DNA of 64,000 nucleotides, taken from assembly GCA_012026655.1 (NCBI GenBank), contig JAAILG010000524.1, positions 1 to 64,000 of the forward strand, written 5' to 3'. This document shows positions 50,641-61,912 of this stretch, one piece after another. A program made the translations under genes and the position numbers. The notes beneath the pieces are model-generated. The model worked only from the letters and a program-made list of their open reading frames with translations. It ran no database searches and was not told the DNA's origin. Each line of letters begins with the position of its first letter. The first letter of the stretch is position 1. Source of the stretch: Hydrolagus affinis (Eukaryota).

Positions 50641-52944
50641 TTGATCTCAAACATTTCTTCTACACCTCTTTCATGCGGCACATTAACCGCTACAAAATGC
50701 ATTATTGAAAATAACAAAAGGGGAATTTTGTCATTCCGCGTTGAATTCATCTCGATCATCAATCATAGGCTGTCGCAAGAGTTATTTTCTGCTGATCACA
50801 CCCTTCACTTTTCACATCAATCCCAGTGTCTCTTTCTGGTGTCCTGAACGTGATTGACAAGGAAAGTGGACAATTAAAGCGCGCAGTAAATTGAATCATT
50901 TTTCATTTGCCCTCCGGTGATGGCAGCTACCTAGGCAGTGCCAGTCGCGATAGAAAAATACCTTTCCCTACGTTGACCTCATGATGCCGTTTGGCTGTCG
51001 AGTGCGGGACAACTTTTGAAAGGTGAAAGAAAAAACATATTTACAGGAAGGTTATTCAAAACTGTTTGGGGAAACATTTTGCTCTGTGTTGGCTAGCTAT
51101 CTGATAAGAGGCAATACCAAGGTTGTGGGTGCTCAGTTAGCCAACCTGACTGTGAACCTCCCTCCCTCCCTCCCTCCCACCCCTCCCTCTAAAGTATAAC
51201 CATCTTTACCTTGATATATAACAGACAAGACACAGTATAAGCGCCAAGCAGTGGAATGTGTGTTGGGGGTTACACCTCTTTTGCCTAGGATGATACTCAT
51301 CCACTGCGCACTTACAGTATTTGCAATACCAACAAAATAACACCAGTCCCTGATAGCGGCCTTTTCAGCTGTGGTGAATTTGCAAACTGAAAACGTACAA
51401 ATATCCTGAGTAACATCCTTTTCGATCAGATGATGAGGAATTCAGGCTCAAGCATAACATCGGTCAGGAATTAGGCTTCTCAGCAAACTGCGTTTGTGCT
51501 CACTCTCATTCGACCGTGTGACTGACATCCTTTTGTGGCATTACTATTATTTTTTTCTCGCCAGAAACGGCGTCTTCAGAGCACAAAAATTATGAATAAT
51601 CCCACCCGGCTTGCTGCACGTCATGTGGTTTTCAATCTTGCTGCAGTTTTGCTGACAGCAAACATAAATATTGAAGCTATGTTTGACAACAACTGTCACG
51701 TCGAGCCAATGAGACACCAGCCTTGGAAATGATTAATCAATTTGCAACACTTGCTGCTCAGCCGACCTAGATACGTTTCAAGCAGGTCCATTGTGTCGCT
51801 TAATATGCATGATGAAGATGGTTGGAATCGGAAAAAAAGGGGTTGAAAGACGGGTTCCCTGACGCTTGTTTTCACTGTGTAGCTTCCAAGTGTTGAGATC
51901 TTGCCTTCCATTTTATTTGCTTGAAGGTGCACGGCCTTGTGATGGCCATACTGCAAAGCTGGGCTGTGCTTGATTTCAGAGCTGATTGATGGCTAACTCG
52001 CTATACAGTATTATATTCAAGCGATCTGCAACAAATGTAAACACTGAAGCTCTGAAGGAGAAAATGGCAGTGGGAGTGAGGGGGTGGGTAGAGGATAGAG
52101 TTAAAGATTCAGAGAAATCCAAATTGGTGGGCAATTTTTTTTTAAGTCAAATTTTTATTTTCTTCTTGCCATACTAAGGTTGGAAGCTGAGACGATGCTA
52201 GAATCCAAACCTTTCACGAGTGTGTTTCTGATAAAACTGTGAAGGGGAAATTTTAAAAATGTCCTACCAGTGCTACCAAATATTAATTGTTATTTCTTTT
52301 CCAGATTGATTGATCTCGCTGTCGTCAGTAAACTTCAGGAAAGTTGTATACAGTAAAACTCCTGTACCTTAATGCGGGGAAAGGAAACTTTAGTTCTTTT
52401 AGTTCCCAACTATCACATCAAAATCAATTGTAAGGTGAGTTGGATGCAGGGTTCAGCTACTTCCACTCTACCTCAATGATATACATTGATTTAAGACAAA
52501 GTAACCAACACCCACAGAACTTGTGTAACATTTCCCACACCTACTATTCTTGTGGCTCGAGAATACGGGTCAAGTTAATTTCAGTCATTGCTGAACTACG
52601 AGCAATTTGTGCAGTGAAATTGCACTCACCAGAATTCCTCTAACGGCTTTAACACACACTCCCATGTCAGATATCAAGGAGTACATTCTAACAATCTGAG
52701 CTGGATTGAAACTTGGGCTCAGAACAGACGGTTAGATAGGAATATTTCCTCCCACTCTGATTAGACACTGTCCAACCCCTGAATCTATAAAAGGTTTCTG
52801 TAAAAAGGATCACAATGTTCATTTATCGCTGAAATTAAATGGTCTCACCATCACTCAGTGTACATTTGAGAGATGTCAGTGTTAGCCCAGGAACAGAACA
52901 AACTGAGTGTTGTGCGAATATGACAAGACGCTCTGAGTCACTAT

Positions 52945-53206
52945 CAACAACAACAAACAATGACAACAAATTGCATTTATATTGCGTCGTTCATGTTGGG
53001 AGGATGGACCAATACACTGGATTTTACCTGCGTGAAGGGTTCTATATAAATGCAAAATGTTATTGGAATAATAATCCTTGCATTTCATATAGTGTCTATT
53101 ATGTCAAAACATACCACAATGCTTCACATTAATCACGGTTACTCCAGCGCTTTGGGACATCCTCCCAATGTGAAAGTTGTTACATGAATGCAATGTGTTG
53201 TTGTTG
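52945..53206. mobile_element. Cluster of four L2/SINE 3' tails in alternating orientation
   Basis: Minus L2 tail ~52945-53021, plus tail ~53028-53064, minus SINE tail ~53068-53128, plus L2 tail ~53143-53206. Confidence 0.7.
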
Positions 53207-54037
53207 ATGAGTGCGGTAATGATGTTGCAAACAGCAATATCCTGTATTTACCATAGACCATACAGTGAATGGAATCGGAAGTGAATTGCATGGAAGAGTA
53301 TGCACATTGTGGCCTGGGACTAGAGAAGGAGAAAAGCGATAGACGTTTAAATAACTTAGCAAAATAAAGCCGCAAGCTTCAAGGCTATGATGTCAGCAGT
53401 TGCAAAATTGTCGAGAGGTTCTCAAGGCCACAGCTCCAGCAGATAAATCACACTTTATTACTTCTCCACGGAAGGCCACCAATTGTCACAAGGTGTCTTG
53501 AAGTGGGATTTCCAATGATTAAGAACGTTCCCTCCCCCCCACACACCTCCGTGCTGAGCATGCAGCACAGAGGACAAAAATCTAAAGGGTTGCTCCTTCC
53601 CCCGAGTGTGGGACACTGGAGATCATACCGAGCTGCCACAAATTAAGATAAAACTCTATTATATATTATAAACCACTGTAAATGTGAGGCTATGATTCTT
53701 TTCGGCGGCTTCTTTGTAAGTAGAATGACTTGTGAAACAGACACCATGGACTGCTCTATGTGACAGATTTATCCCCGCAAGGACTTCAAATTGAATGGGT
53801 TATCAAACTGGATTTTGGTTACCAACATAACAACTGCATTTTTACAAGGCCTCTTGGGTTCATTCCCCATTCCCCTTCATCTGATAATACAGCATTAGTT
53901 GGCGGACAACACAGAGTTAGTTCTCTAGTGCTAAGATAATTTTGGGTCACAACTGTGGTATTCCAAAGCTCATTTCTTCCCAATTGTTAAAAAAAATGAC
54001 AGTATAAAATTATGTATTTTGAAATAACCCGTAACAA

Positions 54038-54728
54038 AACAAAGTAAACTGGGTTTTGTTCTGCAAAACGTACCATTAGACACAGTTCCAAGTCTTCACA
54101 AGACTTCTGAATAATGACAGGAACCACAAACCACAATCCATAGTGGCACGAGTATTTAAGAGTTACGGTAAATCTCATTCTGCCCCCACAGTAATCAGCT
54201 ACAGTTGATAGATCCATTCACCAAACCCATCAACTATCACTGAAGTACTCTCCACAATTAGATGTGATCCTGCGCAGAAATGAATGAAGGCTCAATTATG
54301 GGATGAGCAAAAGATCCAAGTTCTAATGCTTTGTGGCAAATCATTAGTTGTTGCCCCAACCTTAGGCTTTGCATTGAACACCCGGTAGGAATCTTAAAGT
54401 CTATTTTATGGTACTTCCTCAGGAGGAGATATTATTTTATCTCTCGATGGCTGAAATTTATTTGCACTATAAAATCTGGAAGAATGGTTATTTGTCTACC
54501 CATTAAGGATAATTGGTCCAAATTATGCCAATAATTTAATTGCTTTCTACTTTTCACTTCTCGCATATTCTGATTAATAAATCCACACTAACATATTCAG
54601 GAATGTTTTCACAGTGAAAGCTCTCAGACTCACTTCAAGAAAACAACAAGGTTTCAATTTTCCTGCATTCGGCAACAAAGTAAACTGGGTTTTGTTCTGC
54701 AAAAACGTACCATTAGACACAGTTCCAA
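54038..54728 (+). repeat. Dispersed direct repeat, 54 bp (54038-54091) and 55 bp (54674-54728)
   Basis: aacaaagtaaactgggttttgttctgcaaaa(a)cgtaccattagacacagttccaa occurs twice, differing by one A. Confidence 0.95.
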
Positions 54729-56353
54729 TCCTCCCAATTTCTATACAATTGTTTCTGGTTATGTCTCTCCTCTCCACTCCTGAAGATACCAAATGCTGAG
54801 CAATGGAGGTCCTCTCAGCAACTTTACCCAAGGGAGCCATTCACAAGCGAGTCTGGACAATGAACGATGGCGGACAATTTACTTGTGGAAGGCATCAAAG
54901 TGAAGCGCCCAATGTTTGCACGACAATCGGGGACCCTAGACGATTTCTCAGTAATCAGAGCTCCGAGACATTATCCTACGTGAAAAGCGATATACAAATT
55001 GTTGTTGCTGATTTCTCCAAGCCGACCCCAAGATTGCCGAGACCATTTGCAGTGACCCCCAAATGCCCGTTCTGGCTGAGATCAGCAAACAACACCTACC
55101 AAATACTCACCCTGGACTTTCCCAGTGTGTTGCGGGACAGTTACGACTCTGGACCCCATCCTTAGCCATTGAGCCAATGCATGTTCCAAAATGTTACATA
55201 ATCCAGTCAGTTTAAGAGAATAGTCTAAATGTTCAATCTAAGGGGATTTTTTTGAGCACTCTATCAATTTATGGAGGGAAAAACACATGTCCCAAGTGTC
55301 TTACCCACAGTTTCTCCTTTTGAAAGGTTCCGACTTGAACAAGCACAAATTACTTCATTAAAACTCAACACCGTTTCAGCAAAATGACCTGAAAGTGAAC
55401 CGATAAGAAAATGCAAATGTGCTTTATCTCCGTGCAACACATCAGTTACCGCTGAAACATTTAATACGACAAGTAATTTTTATCCCGTGCATTTAATTGA
55501 AAAATATATCAAAGCCATTTCTTATCTCCTTCTGGTTTCTTTCACTTTTAAGATAACTGGAAATTCATAAAGTCTTAATTACAGAAAAGCCGATAAGAAT
55601 TGTATCCAGCCCATACCAATGATACTGGATGGTACAAGACAATGGCAGTTAAAAGCATGGATGTACTGCAAACTCTCCTATATGCAGATCTCTGACATAT
55701 AATTCAAATACTTATTACGTTATGTTAATTGTCCAGAACAATAAAAGTCATTTTCTTTCCCTGCACGTTTGGGGAATTAGTCTCTTGACTCTTTGCCCTT
55801 TCCCTGATAAGAAGACAGTCACAAAGGCTTGTGCTATTGGTATTGGGAATCAGCACTGGACGTACCATCAGTGGAGACCACCTACCAACAAGTTAGGGTT
55901 AGCAGAAGTCTACGCAAAATCTTCTCGGGTGAGGAACAGTGCATCAGCAGAGAACCTCCAAAGAGAGAGAGAACTTCAGGTGGAGAGGAGAGAATCCAGA
56001 ATAGCATATTGCAACCATGATAATGCTGCGATGTTCCATTTGTGCAAAACATTCGACTCTCGGCAACGTAAAAGTTGAACCGAGGCATATCCTGTGCAAC
56101 TTGCATCGGCAAATAGACTTAACTAAAAAACGTAGCACTACCTTTCCCACCTGCTTGTGACGTTTCCAGAAGTTTTTACACGTTAGTAACCTTCTGCTCT
56201 CCAAACCAGTGCTCATTAGAAACTAGGGCTCATAGTAAAAATAATACATTTGTTAATTTCTCATGAATTCAATACAAAGCTTCAAGTAGGACAGGCTGTG
56301 TATTTTGTTTCTGTAGTCACTCGGTAACAAGTTGCCCTGAACTGAAATACTGT

Positions 56354-56421
56354 CTGTCCAGCGTCTTGGGACGTCCTCCTGACGAGAAAGGCGCTAAACC
56401 AATGTAATTTTGTTGTTGTTG
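56354..56421 (+). mobile_element. Isolated L2 3' tail
   Basis: ctgtccagcgtcttgggacgtcctcctgacgagaaaggcgctaaaccaatgtaattttgttgttgttg. Confidence 0.85.
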
Positions 56422-58382
56422 AATCAGTCTGCAACGCGTTACTGCTGTTCATTTAGCACAGCGAGGTGGCTGGTTCAAGGTGCAGCCTTGCAGAAGGTCG
56501 AGGCAGTGAGCTGTGAGGTTGATTGTCAAACACTGGCAAGCAGATGCTGCATTTGATCGATAGGGCTGCTAATGGCTGATTGGAGCCTGATGGCTACCTT
56601 CTGTGTGTGATCTAGAAGCTCAAGGTCTCGGAGAGCAATGCCACTCATGGAAGAGCTGCACTTTATCACCGGGTGGATGAAGGAATAAACAAGTTTCGAA
56701 TTGATGCAAGTTAACCCACGGTGTGCTCGGAATTCTGCGTGTTTTGTTCAGTAGCACAGAATACCTGCACATTGCTTTGGGCTGCTTCAAGATAAATAAT
56801 TTAACCCAGTTCTTCTCAATTTATCTATTATTCAGGCCACTGTGCTCCACACTCTCACATCTAGCAAGATTATTATTGTAAGCTGGCTGCCCGATAGTTG
56901 AGCATCTTTTAAAAATCATTGCAACAATGGGGTTAAAGGCCTGTAATGGATTTAGCAAATCACCATTTTCTATTTGTCAACATCTCCTGTTCAGCGCAAT
57001 GATTTAGTCCACACAGACTGACTTTACGAAGCAAATTACTTTGGAATACAAATTACTGCAATAATGCCACTTTGAACAAGAGGCTTCGGATGAAATACAA
57101 TGGAAGGTGCAATTCAAAACATCTTGAAAAAGCTTCTTGGGGGTAATGGTGATTGTAAAAGTGTGCATGTAATTAGATCAAGAATCTCAAATAGAATGCT
57201 TTCAGTGAGTCAGAGAGGGAACTCTTGCGGAAATAATTCACTTTTTAACACACAGAAAATGACACAAACGACATCCGATCACTTCACGATTGATTTGATA
57301 AATGATTGATAGTGAAGACTTTGCTTTTGGAAATCCAAGGCTTTCTGCTGTGATTCATCCTGCTAAAAGATGCTGCTTAATCTTGCTAATAGGAGGTTTA
57401 TTTTTCGCTTCCTTTTTTTCTTCCCCCGCCAAATACACTTCATGCATGTTAACAGACCCAGGCAACAAACAGAAGTTTGGGATTTGTAAAGGTAACTTGG
57501 GCAAGGTTGATGTTGCTGGTGCTCGGGTTCAGTGTCTTGGAGCAAAACAGAAGTTCAGTAGATCAGACAAGAGGTTTGGATGAAGAAGACCCTTTGACAC
57601 AACTGACCTCATCATCCTTTCAGTAAACTCACCGTGAAAGTCCCACTGCGTTTGGTTCAGAACCTTATCCACCTTGAGCTGGAGGCTGGTGAGTCTCCTG
57701 GGGAGAGAGAAAGAATTGCAGTGGGACACCTCTGGCCTCTCCTGCTGGCTGGTTACAAGGGGGCATTGAAGACCTTTCAACAAAATCTGGTAAATGAACC
57801 ACAGAAAGAAATATACAGAAGAGGTGAATAAAGGGGACTTTAAAGTGCTGCCAAAATAAAACACTTGCTTCAAATGTTGGGAGTAATGTCTAAAGCTTCC
57901 CACACAATTAAAAAAAAATGTTTTTTTTGGCTTCGTCACTGAGCCTATTACTTGTCCAAGGTACTTGTTATGTGGTCTTGTTACTTGTTACTTTTGAGAG
58001 ATTAAAAATAAAATCATAATTTCAAAGAATAACATTTGAACGAAACACATTTACAAAGAAAAGCGGCGTTGTCTTATCGAGTTGCGCTGACCGTCACAAT
58101 GTGTTATTAGCTTCTGCCAGTTACCGGAGGCACAGAAAATGCAATTCAGGAACACTGCATGAGTCAATGAATTTTTCATTTTTCGCTGTGAAATAGTGTC
58201 AGAGCGGCTCAGTTGGTAGCAATCTTGTCCATGCTGACATTGAGTGCCACTCTGGGGGAGCGCCGGTGTGCAAATCGGCTGCCACATTCGCCCACAAAAT
58301 ACCCACTTGAGTGACGTTCGATGTGATGTTTCATCAACAATGGATAAAGGCTCTACGTCAAATTCCATGATTAACCAGTGTT

Positions 58383-58665
58383 ATAATAATAATAATCATA
58401 ATCCTTGCATTTGATACACTGCTGTGCGCAATTGGCTGCGGCGTTCCACCCACAAATATACAGTCAATTCACTTTCCAGTATATTCTGTGAAGCACTTCG
58501 AGACGTCTAGAAGACTTGAAAAGCGCTATATCAAATCCAAGAATTATTATTATTATTATTATCATGTCTTTGAGATATCTCACAGCACTTCACAGAATAT
58601 ACTGTCAAGCGAATTGCGAGTATATTTTGCGAGCGAAACACGACAGCCAATTGCGCATTGTCCCC
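58383..58665. mobile_element. Plus-strand SINE 3' half (~58415-58562) nested in a minus-strand SINE
   Basis: Minus tail ataatccttgcatttgatac is cut, the plus copy follows, and the minus copy resumes atgtctttgagatatctcacagcacttcacagaatatactg. Confidence 0.85.
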
Positions 58666-58991
58666 CCAAATCAGAAATAAGCTGGGTCAAGGATTGAATT
58701 TTCCTTGGTGAGCCGCGCACCATCAAAAGGCTCGATCTTCGTTCCTGGAGTAAATGACTATCTCCACATCACCAACATGCAATGACGTTTTCATAATGCA
58801 ACAGTGCGCTCCCTGCTCGTGATCTGTATCATCCAGCTGCCTGGGCGGCCAAGGCTCACCAGTCACTTGACAAGACCACGTATTGATGGAAAAAATGTGG
58901 CCTGTCAATGAAAGCCTCCCCAAACATATCAGTGAGTACATTGATCTCACATCCACCCATTTCCCGAAGTCAGGGCTCATCAGTGCATTGT

Positions 58992-59292
58992 GGAATCCTG
59001 TATCTCAGTGGTTAGAGCACTCGCCTCGCAAGCGAGAGAACTTGGATTCGATTCCCAGCAGGGCGAAACCTTGGGCAAGTTTCCTTACTCCACACGCCTG
59101 GTAATAATCCCTAAAGAAAAAACAATAATAATTTGGTCACTCAATCCATGACTGTTTGCGGGACGCTGCTGTGTGCAATTGGCTGCCGTTACCCTGTAAC
59201 ATGTAGCGCAATCGGCTACTCACAATTATATGGTCGATTCACTTTACAGTATATTCTGTGAAGCGCTTGGAGACATTTAGAAGACTTGAAAA
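58992..59292 (+). mobile_element. tRNA-derived SINE, young family, lacking the last part of the tail
   Basis: ggaatcctgtatctcagtggttagagcactcgcc...gattcgattccc...ccttactccacacgcc, body, ...tttagaagacttgaaaag. Confidence 0.9.
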
Positions 59293-60049
59293 GTGGAATG
59301 GAGTGTGCACGCCAATCTTTAAAGCCAGTGCATGGTATGGTCACAATCAGGACATCAATTTCTGTTACTCCAATGACAAGGCAGTAGATCTGAGCCTAAC
59401 AGAAGAGGCACTGCTTGGCCTTTGCCCCCAATATGATGGCGATAACATGATAACGTTACAGATGGATGAGATGATGACACAAATCTCTCATTCGGAGAAG
59501 ATGAAATCCTGCAAGACCATTAAATGAATCCTTACAGCACCGAATCAATTTTATGAACAAAAACTCACAGATTAATGATTCGCTCGGAGAGCTGTTGAGT
59601 AATGCTTGGCTGGCAGCAACTACAAGGCAGCAATCTCACAGAGGGAGGGTTCAAATGACGTCATAAATCGCGAGAGCAAAGCTCAAATGGTTTATGACTG
59701 TCATCTGATACTGGAGACGAGATTACAACCTTGAAATCACTCCAGAGTACCTATTATTTTCCATAATATATGCTGAGAGGTGCAAGTGGGTTACTTATTA
59801 GGCTAAGGATGTCATTTGTTTGCTGATGGAGTCTGTCAGTGATGGCCCTTGAGAGATTGGAGCCTCGAAGGACCCGATGCGAAACAATAACAGATTGTGA
59901 CAATCACTGCAAATTTACTGACATCTAATCGGGAGCTGATTACCCCACCAAAAAAAATAACATATTCAATTTGCATTTCTGCAATGGCTTTCTTTAGCAT
60001 AGCTGACTTGAGGTTTGGCGTGGTAGATGTTAGCGCCAGTATGTTAACA

Positions 60050-60229
60050 TAAAAAAAATTGGGTCACTCAATCCATGACTGTTTGTGGGACACTGCTGTG
60101 CACAATTGGCTGTCGCATTTCGTCCACAAAATATAGTCAACTCACTTTCCAGTATATTCTGTGAAGCTTTTTGAGAGGTCTCGAAGACATAAGGCAGGCG
60201 ATTTATCAAATATAAGAATTATTATTATT
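60050..60229 (+). mobile_element. SINE 3' half
   Basis: ggtcactcaatccatgactgtttgtgggacactgctgtgcacaattggctg... plus (ATT)n tail. Confidence 0.9.
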
Positions 60230-60264
60230 AACCTGGATAGACATACCTCAACACCAACAGTCTA

Positions 60265-60549
60265 GATTTTATATAGCGTCTTTCACGTGAGGAGGGCATA
60301 TCAAGCGTTTCACACATACATAGACACACACACACACACACCAGCAGCAGCAACAACATATTACTTTTGTGCAGTGATTTGCAAGTCAGGAGGACGTCCC
60401 AAGGCACTGGACAGTCAGGGATTTGCAGATATTTTACTAGCAAGCATGTGCAACCTGCACATTTCACGTCACCACTATAAACCTGTTAGAACATGTTGCG
60501 CTAGAGCACTCACCTATGCTCCTGAGCACAAAGTAAATATATATATACT

Positions 60550-60584
<35 letters not shown>

Positions 60585-60673
60585 CAAAAAGCAAGCCAAA
60601 CTGCAGTAAACAACGCCTTGGGACGTCCTCCTGACGTGAAAGGCGCTCTACAAGTGTGAATTTGCTGTTGTTG
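60265..60673. mobile_element. Three isolated L2 tails (two minus: ~60265-60310, ~60345-60412; one plus: ~60610-60673) with (CA)n and (TA)n repeats
   Basis: tatatagcgtctttcacgtgaggagg; gtcaggaggacgtcccaaggcactggac; cgccttgggacgtcctcctgacgtgaaaggcgctctac. Confidence 0.8.
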
Positions 60674-61664
60674 TAATATTGTGTCAAGAACCATAACTGT
60701 TGTGTGAGACAAACCTGCAACATAATACACCTCAGGAGCCACTGTAGACCAAGTCGACAGCGCAGCTCTCGTTGGGAAACCGACCAGAATATTCTAAATA
60801 CTTGTACTAAAGATTGCCAGAGAACAGGTTCAAGGATATAACGCACTTGTGGGGTTCAGAAGACAGTGACAAACTGCTCGAGCTTCGCTGTTATTCTCCT
60901 TTTACCTGCTGTGCACTGTTTGGGGATGTGTTTTCGGCAGCACGTTGCCTGGAGGTTTGCTGTTGCTACAATTCAACTTTCAGTTCCGTGCTGACCGGAT
61001 AAGCCGAATCCAGATTTTTTTATCCCCAATTTCTTAATTCACTCGAAAGATGAGTCCAAACAAAATGCAGCTTTGCTTTGCACAGCCCAAAGTTTCCCCT
61101 GCACTTTCTAAGAGGCGCTGGTGATCTCCACTGAGAGATTGCTGCTAGTGGAGGCCTGATGGACCAGCTGGCCTTTTTTCTTGACCAGCCTTCTGGCTGG
61201 TCTCTTTCACAAATTCAATTTGTGTTGAGTTTTGGGCCACTTCTGCACCAAAATGTGTGTTTTTTTAAAAAAAAACTAGCACTTTTAGCACTTCTCCCTT
61301 TTGACAGGCAAAGTTTTGCCCTTTAAGGCAAGCCTTTAGCCTTTATATATTCATACTCCCTTCCCATTTTGCTTGATTGAAAAGCATTGATAATAACGGC
61401 AATTTTTACCATTAGCAATAACTCAGGGGGATGAAGCATTGCAGTTGTTACTTGGAGAGAAAACAATTGTGCAAAAATGCTGTCATGAATCTTAATCCTT
61501 TGTTATATGTCAGTGAAAGTCCTTATTATATCATTGAGTGTGACGTGATGATGCTTTTCAGTCATACTACATGTTTGAATCATGGGCAATGGTAAACTGG
61601 TTTCCACATTTGCATTTGTAACGTAATGTTACACGTATGCCAGGGACAACCGTGCATCTGAAGC

Positions 61665-61806
61665 AGACACACACACACACACACACAGACAGATACTATC
61701 ACACACACACACAAAGACAGATACTATCACACACACACACAGAAAGATACACAGGCAAACACACAGTCATACATACCCAGGCATCCATACACACACACAC
61801 ACACAC
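61665..61806. repeat. Compound (CA)n microsatellite with a higher-order unit agacagatactatcacacacacacac
   Basis: Unit present twice plus degenerate copies. Confidence 0.85.
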
Positions 61807-61849
61807 GAGTATAGATATATATCCTGGGTGCTCAGCAGGTACTATTAAG

Positions 61850-61912
61850 TAAGCAGTTTGGAATGTTCTCCCAACATGAAAGGCACAATATAAATGTAAA
61901 TTTAGAATGTAT
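61850..61912 (+). mobile_element. Isolated degenerate L2 3' tail
   Basis: gcagtttggaatgttctcccaacatgaaaggcacaatataaatgtaaattt. Confidence 0.7.

Noticed and set aside
54803-55165. 120 aa ATG ORF next to the direct repeat
   Set aside because: No recognisable homology or supporting gene structure; length compatible with chance.
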